Positions 58,868 to 64,000 of a stretch of DNA of 64,000 bases are shown in pieces. The DNA is from Halocafeteria seosinensis (lineage: Eukaryota), in contig LVLI01000533.1 of NCBI GenBank assembly GCA_001687465.1, positions 1 to 64,000 of the forward strand, written 5' to 3'. The notes beneath the pieces are model-generated. The model saw nothing but the letters and a program-made list of their open reading frames with translations, made no database searches and had not been told where the DNA came from. Position 1 is the first letter of the stretch; each line of letters opens with the position of its first letter. The translations under genes and the position numbers were made by a program.

Positions 58868-60236
58868 ATGGCGAACGGCAAAACCGCGTCCCGCTCTCCT
58901 CTGGAGAGACTCAAGGATAATTACTGCTGGCGTGGGTCTTTTCATCTGGCTGGTGCCTTCGCGATTGCGGCCGCTTTTGTCTACTTTGGCACCCAGTTCA
59001 TCGCCGAGTTTGATTGGCAGGCGCTGAGGAATAGCCTGGAGCAATGTCTGGATAAACACGCGCCGTGGATGTATGACGCGAGTGCTTGGATCCAATACCC
59101 TCTGGCTGCTTTATTGGGAAAGACAGAGGGGCTCCAGAATAAGTCTATGCAGTTGGATGCGATCTTTTTCAGTAAGTGGCGGTCTCTGTATGTAGCTATG
59201 AGACTGAACGAAACATTTGCCTTATTTGCAGCGTCGCTTACCGGAGCCACACAAACGGCAACCTTTTGGATCATAAATGGTATGTTCACTTTATGCTATA
59301 TTTTCCAGCCGTCGTGGGTTGAGTACTACAAAATGTCGGTGAAGCCATGGCCGTGGAACGGCTCGACCAAAGTAAGTGCGCGACGAGATCCGTATGCTTA
59401 CGGACTGTTATACGGTGTTTTGCTACTCCTAACCAGGAACGGGCTGAGTATTTCGAGTTGGTGCGAAAAAGTATCGGATTATTGCTGCTGAACCACTTTT
59501 TGTTGGTTCCCGTCTTAACTATTGGCATGTACCCTATTGTTCAACTGCGAGAGCACGGCTACTCTCCGGAGTTTGCCCCGGGGATTACTGAGTTCGTCTA
59601 TAAGCTCATCATCTTCATTCTTATTGAAGATACTGGATTTTACTGGGTTCACCGGGCCTTACATCACAAAGCGCTTTACCCATCTATCCATAAGATCCAT
59701 CATCAGTACCAGGACGCCACTATAGGCATTGCCTCCGAATACGCTCACCCTATTGAGGTAAGATGCTCTTGGCGTTGCCGTATAGTGGTCTTTTTCATAC
59801 GTCAAGATGTTCGCAGTTTCTGCTGTCTAACCTCGTCCCGATCACTCTTGGACCTTTCTTGTTCCCCCGTGTGCATTATGGAATGTGGGTGTTATGGGTG
59901 GCTTGGAGAGTAGCCGAAACCTGCTGTAGCCACAGTGGTTACGACCTACCGTTCTTGCCGTTCCATTTGCTACCCTTCCAATGTAAGTGATTATGCTGTC
60001 TCACTACGGTTGTCTTAATGTGGACCAATCGACCACCTCGTGGCACTGCAGCCTCGGCCTCCTTCCACAACTTCCACCACTCTAGGAACGTCGGGAACTA
60101 TAGCAGTTTTTTCACGCACTGGGATTGGCTCATGGGTACAGACAAGCACTATATCCGGCATCTGGAGAAATTTGGGCACGTCACTGACGATCGTCACCAG
60201 GAAGCAAAGTCTGCCCAAGCCAAAAAATCTAAATGA
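58868..60236 (+). CDS. MSMO1: Sterol C4-methyl oxidase-like (fatty acid hydroxylase superfamily); 4 exons
   Basis: His boxes HRALH, HKIHH and HNFHH; EYAHPIE, HSGYDLPF, GNYSSFFTHWDWLMGTD. Confidence 0.85.
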
Positions 60237-60576
60237 TGCTTCTTCCGGTGTTTGCTACTGAGAGAAAGAACAAGGATAATGAACAAAAGCTATAAACTCC
60301 ATACTTTCGTCCTACCTCACAACTCACAACACTATTGTTCCTAGGGTACCCCCCTACCTTTTCCTCTTTCGCACCGCCGCTACGGGCTCGCGGAACCTCG
60401 CCCGCATGTGAAGACCTCCCATCTTGAAGTTCTCGCGTTCCGAAGCCCGTTATTCACTCATTCTCATGATTTGTTGAGGCCATTGATATTAGATTTCCTT
60501 CCGGTTGTGTTTGCTCACTTGCGCTCAGTAGTCTCATGTTCCATTCTGTTTGCCGCCCTGCTGAAACCAAAGAAAA

Positions 60577-62365
60577 ATGGATAAATACAAACTGCTATCA
60601 CAACAAGGGGAGGGCACGTTCGCTGTTGTGTGGAAAGCCAAGAGGAAGTCTGATAACACCATAGTCGCCATTAAGCAGCTCAAGGAAAGCTATACTTCGT
60701 ACGTCTCTGCTGTGGGCTTTGACATCTTGTACAGACAGATAATCACCTCTTCATGCTTTTTTCGTGGCCCGCCAGTTTCGACCAAGTCAAGCAACTTCCT
60801 GAAGTCAAATTTCTGGGAGGACAGTCCAATCCGAATTTAATCAAGTTACATGAAGTTGTACGAGCCAAGGATCAAGTAAGTGTTGGATAGCACCCGCTTT
60901 GCGATGTATGCAGCGTAGACCTCCGACACATCATGCAGGTATTCCTAGTTTTCGAGTACTGTCCTATTAATTTGTACCAAATGATGCAATCAACTCAAGG
61001 ATCAGCAAAATCCCTATCGGAAGCACAAATTAGGTGGCTTATGAAAGGAATTTTACAGGGACTGTGGCATCTACATCAACGTGGTGTATGCCATCGGGAT
61101 ATTAAACCTGAAAATGTACTACTTGCTCCCAGTGGTGCCAAGCTTTGTGATTTTGGTCAGGCCATCACACTTGCAGAGTGCCCAGGGACGTTAAGCTGTT
61201 ATGGTACGTTTTCCTGAAAAGCTTCTTACATTGCTTGAGAGGCTAGAATTCAAGAAGTGCTCCTGTACCCCAGTATCTACCCGCTGGTATAGAGCTCCCG
61301 AATTGCTCATACGGGAAAAGCGGTATGATTGTAAAGTTGATGTCTGGGCAGCGGGCGCAATCATGGCTGAGCTCTATGCGCTACGTCCGATCTTCAATGG
61401 ATCCAGCGAGAATGATCAGCTATTTAAAATATTCAATACTTTAGGTATGTAATCTATCTCGAACCATTGTGCTACTTTGTAGATATCTCTTTCTTTGCGC
61501 AGAGGTGCCTCCGGAATGGGAACGAAACCTCAGTGCCAATGGAAACCAGTTATCTGGAGTTGCGCAGGGCAAAGGGGTGGCTCTCTCTAGGCTTCTCCCG
61601 AGTGCTTCTAGGGATGCACTCGAGGTAATTCAACACATGCTGAAATGCAGCCCTAAGGAACGAGCCTCAGCCGAATTTATATTGCGTTTGCCTTACTTCC
61701 AAACTGGTAAATCGGAACCAGTGCTCCCTACAAACAGCTTATTGCTTTCTAGTGAAGCAGAAGTGTCGGAACGCCGTGCAAGAGAGGCAGAAATCGCTAT
61801 CCAAAAGCTAATGGAATCAGAACCCGCTGCTGAAACAACAAGCGGCTCTTCAGTCACTGCAAGTACCGGTGCACATGCATCTGTACGTACCGAGGGGGCA
61901 CCCCACTCTTTGGGTACTCTCGGCACTCACATGGCCGCAGGTACCACGTCTGTTGGGAGCAGGGATGTAACATCTACCGTGGCTGAAGTTCCCGCGAAAC
62001 AGCAAGAGTTTGACGCTACGGGTAATGGCCAGGCTCAAACCAAGAGCGACAAGGGTGAAGCATCCAAGGGGCACTTGACTATGGCAGAAAAGAGAAAGAG
62101 GAAACTAAAATCGAAGCGATTACAAGGAAAGCCTAATGCAACGGCAAAGCCTTCACGAGGAGAACCGCCAGTCAACGTCCAAACTCGAGCGGAGGATTCA
62201 TTTGGTGCGATATTTCCCAGCACTGGCGCAGACACTCGAGCCAGTAACAGTTGGGCCAACACAGAGCCAGATACTCAACAGGATGAATCCTCCAACTACG
62301 TGCCCTCTTGTTTAGATGACGGTGATAAAATTCCGGCCCGAAGACCTCATCCGTTGCGTCGATAG
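60577..62365 (+). CDS. MAK/ICK/MOK-like (RCK family) Ser/Thr kinase; 5 exons
   Basis: [32 protein letters not shown], spliced [44 protein letters not shown]; disordered C-terminal tail. Confidence 0.88.
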
Positions 62366-64000
62366 CTGTTGACGGGGTTTGGTCCTGGGTGTACGCGTTC
62401 AGCTGGGTCTCTCCGCACTCCTCGTGTAATCTTAAGCCGTCTCCATTGACGTACGACGAAAACCGTGGCTATTGCGGTTATCAAGGCAATGCTAATGATA
62501 ACAAAAGTCATTGCGACGGGTGATATAGACACCTTCGCCTCGGAAGTGTCCCCGCTAGCGTCCCCAGCTCTGGAGGACTCCTCACAGAGGTGCTCCAACT
62601 TCGATTCAGAGCGCGCTTCCGCGCACACGTGGGCCTCGTCGTTTCCCGCCGATGTCCATGGAAACCCGAGAAAATCGTGCAAGGTCCAGTTCAGTCTTTG
62701 CAGATCCTGGGTACAGTCTTCAAGGGACTTTGGCCTAGGTCCTGATTCCAGTTCTCTTGGCATCATGTCGTAGTTGAACTTTGCTATCACCCTTGTATGG
62801 TCTGAGATTGTAGCAACCTGTTGAGTCCATTTTATATCCACGGACTCTAACTGCAAGGCCTTGGACAGGAGCATCGATTAGACGCAAGCCAAGCAAGCAA
62901 GCAACTCAGGACAGTGGGTACATACCTTTTGATACAGCCCCGGAGAGACAAATATATGATCAATCATACTTCTCCGGGGGTCACTGGCATCCTCTTTGCC
63001 CCACGTCCAGCGGTTGGTCTGGTTGGTTATGCGAGCAACTGTACGCAAACCGGTTTCACGCATGATTTCAAGCGTCCGAGAGTTCGGTGAATTTGAAGAA
63101 ATGTCGGGAATACGTTTGTCAAGGTCGTTAAAATCCCCTATGACTATAGCTTCTCTTGTCCATGTTATGTTAAGCAAGTGGTAGGGGAATTCCTGCCCTT
63201 TATGGTCCGCATCGCAGCCTTCGGCGCTTCCAACTCCGGTGTAGTCCTGTATGTCTTGATGGCTTTGCTCTTTCACGATTTGTGAAATTACTTTCGCTTG
63301 CGCTTCCCTTTGCGCACACGGTTGTGGATCATCTGTGGATAGAGGCAAGATAATAGCATCAATTCGCTAGGAAACAGGGCGAGTGACACAGCCAAGCCAC
63401 GTACTCGGAAAAGCTCTAAAGTGTAGTCCAACAATTAGCACTTCCCCGAACGGAGGAATGTTAACGATAGTGTAGAAATTCTTCGTCACCGTCGTCGTTT
63501 TTAAACCTCGGTCAACATTATATCCGCATTCCGAACGCTTGTCCGGATAAGCAAACCTTTCTTCTGTTCGTTTCAGCTCGGTCTGGGGTGCGATTCTCGA
63601 GATGAAGCCCACTTGCTGGCGAGTAAACGTATCTCCTCCTGGAATGAGATAACGGCGGTAGCCTTTACTGTAGAGAGAACTTCCGTTAGCAAAAAGAGTC
63701 CGATTTAACACGTTACAGTCCTCCACTTCAGCTAGAACCCACATATCGACATCTTCCTGGTTCATGACATCAGCAACGCCAAAGATCTTCGCTTCGGCTT
63801 CTTCCGCTGTAATGTCCGGAGCGACAACCGAACTGTGATCAGAGCTAAAGAGCCAATTAACATTCCAAACGGCAATCGAAAATGATCTCTTGGAACTTGT
63901 ACGGTGATCAAATGGCTCCTCGGCGTTGATGCAGCCTTCAATGGCTTCTGTGACCGGAGTCTCCACCGTCAACAGACACGTGAGGACAGCCACAAGGACT
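62347..64000 (-). CDS. Endonuclease/exonuclease/phosphatase (EEP) family protein with C-terminal TM helix; 5' end outside the window
   Basis: WNVNWLF, VLAEVED, GLHFRA, IGDFND, IDHIFVS and SDH motifs across three exons; TM MTFVIISIALITAIATVFVV followed by RQWRR. Confidence 0.85.

Noticed and set aside
1..64000. Alternative genetic code or stop-codon reassignment
   Set aside because: TAA, TAG and TGA all end conserved genes, and ORF breaks are explained by canonical introns.

Overview
Gene-dense eukaryotic DNA using the standard genetic code, with many short GT-AG introns. It is probably from a flagellated protist; a stramenopile-like identity is inferred from gene content only. About 18 spliced protein-coding genes are supported: a partial LRR gene with one repeat per exon, SAP30BP/HCNGP, an intronless ~4600-aa giant (EF-hand, pseudo-alpha/beta-hydrolase, SAP-like, IQ), a CFAP119-like gene, an ependymin-like membrane protein, bL27m, a PH-domain protein, organellar TyrRS, mL54, SKI2, RMDN-like, Siva-like, DUG2-like, SLF2/FAM178-like, COG4, two tandem permuted papain-like paralogues, a sterol C4-methyl oxidase, a MAK/MOK-like kinase and a membrane EEP enzyme. 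An accessory island at about 25.75-31.0 kb has no intact housekeeping gene. It holds a triple-frameshifted PD-(D/E)XK nuclease-like ORF, a Nudix pseudogene, hairpins, and copies of a 33-nt (GT)n-tailed micro-insertion with target-site duplications. The two identical copies bracket the nuclease ORF in inverted orientation. Family assignments come from motifs recognised by eye, not from database searches. No rRNA, tRNA or CRISPR array was seen.
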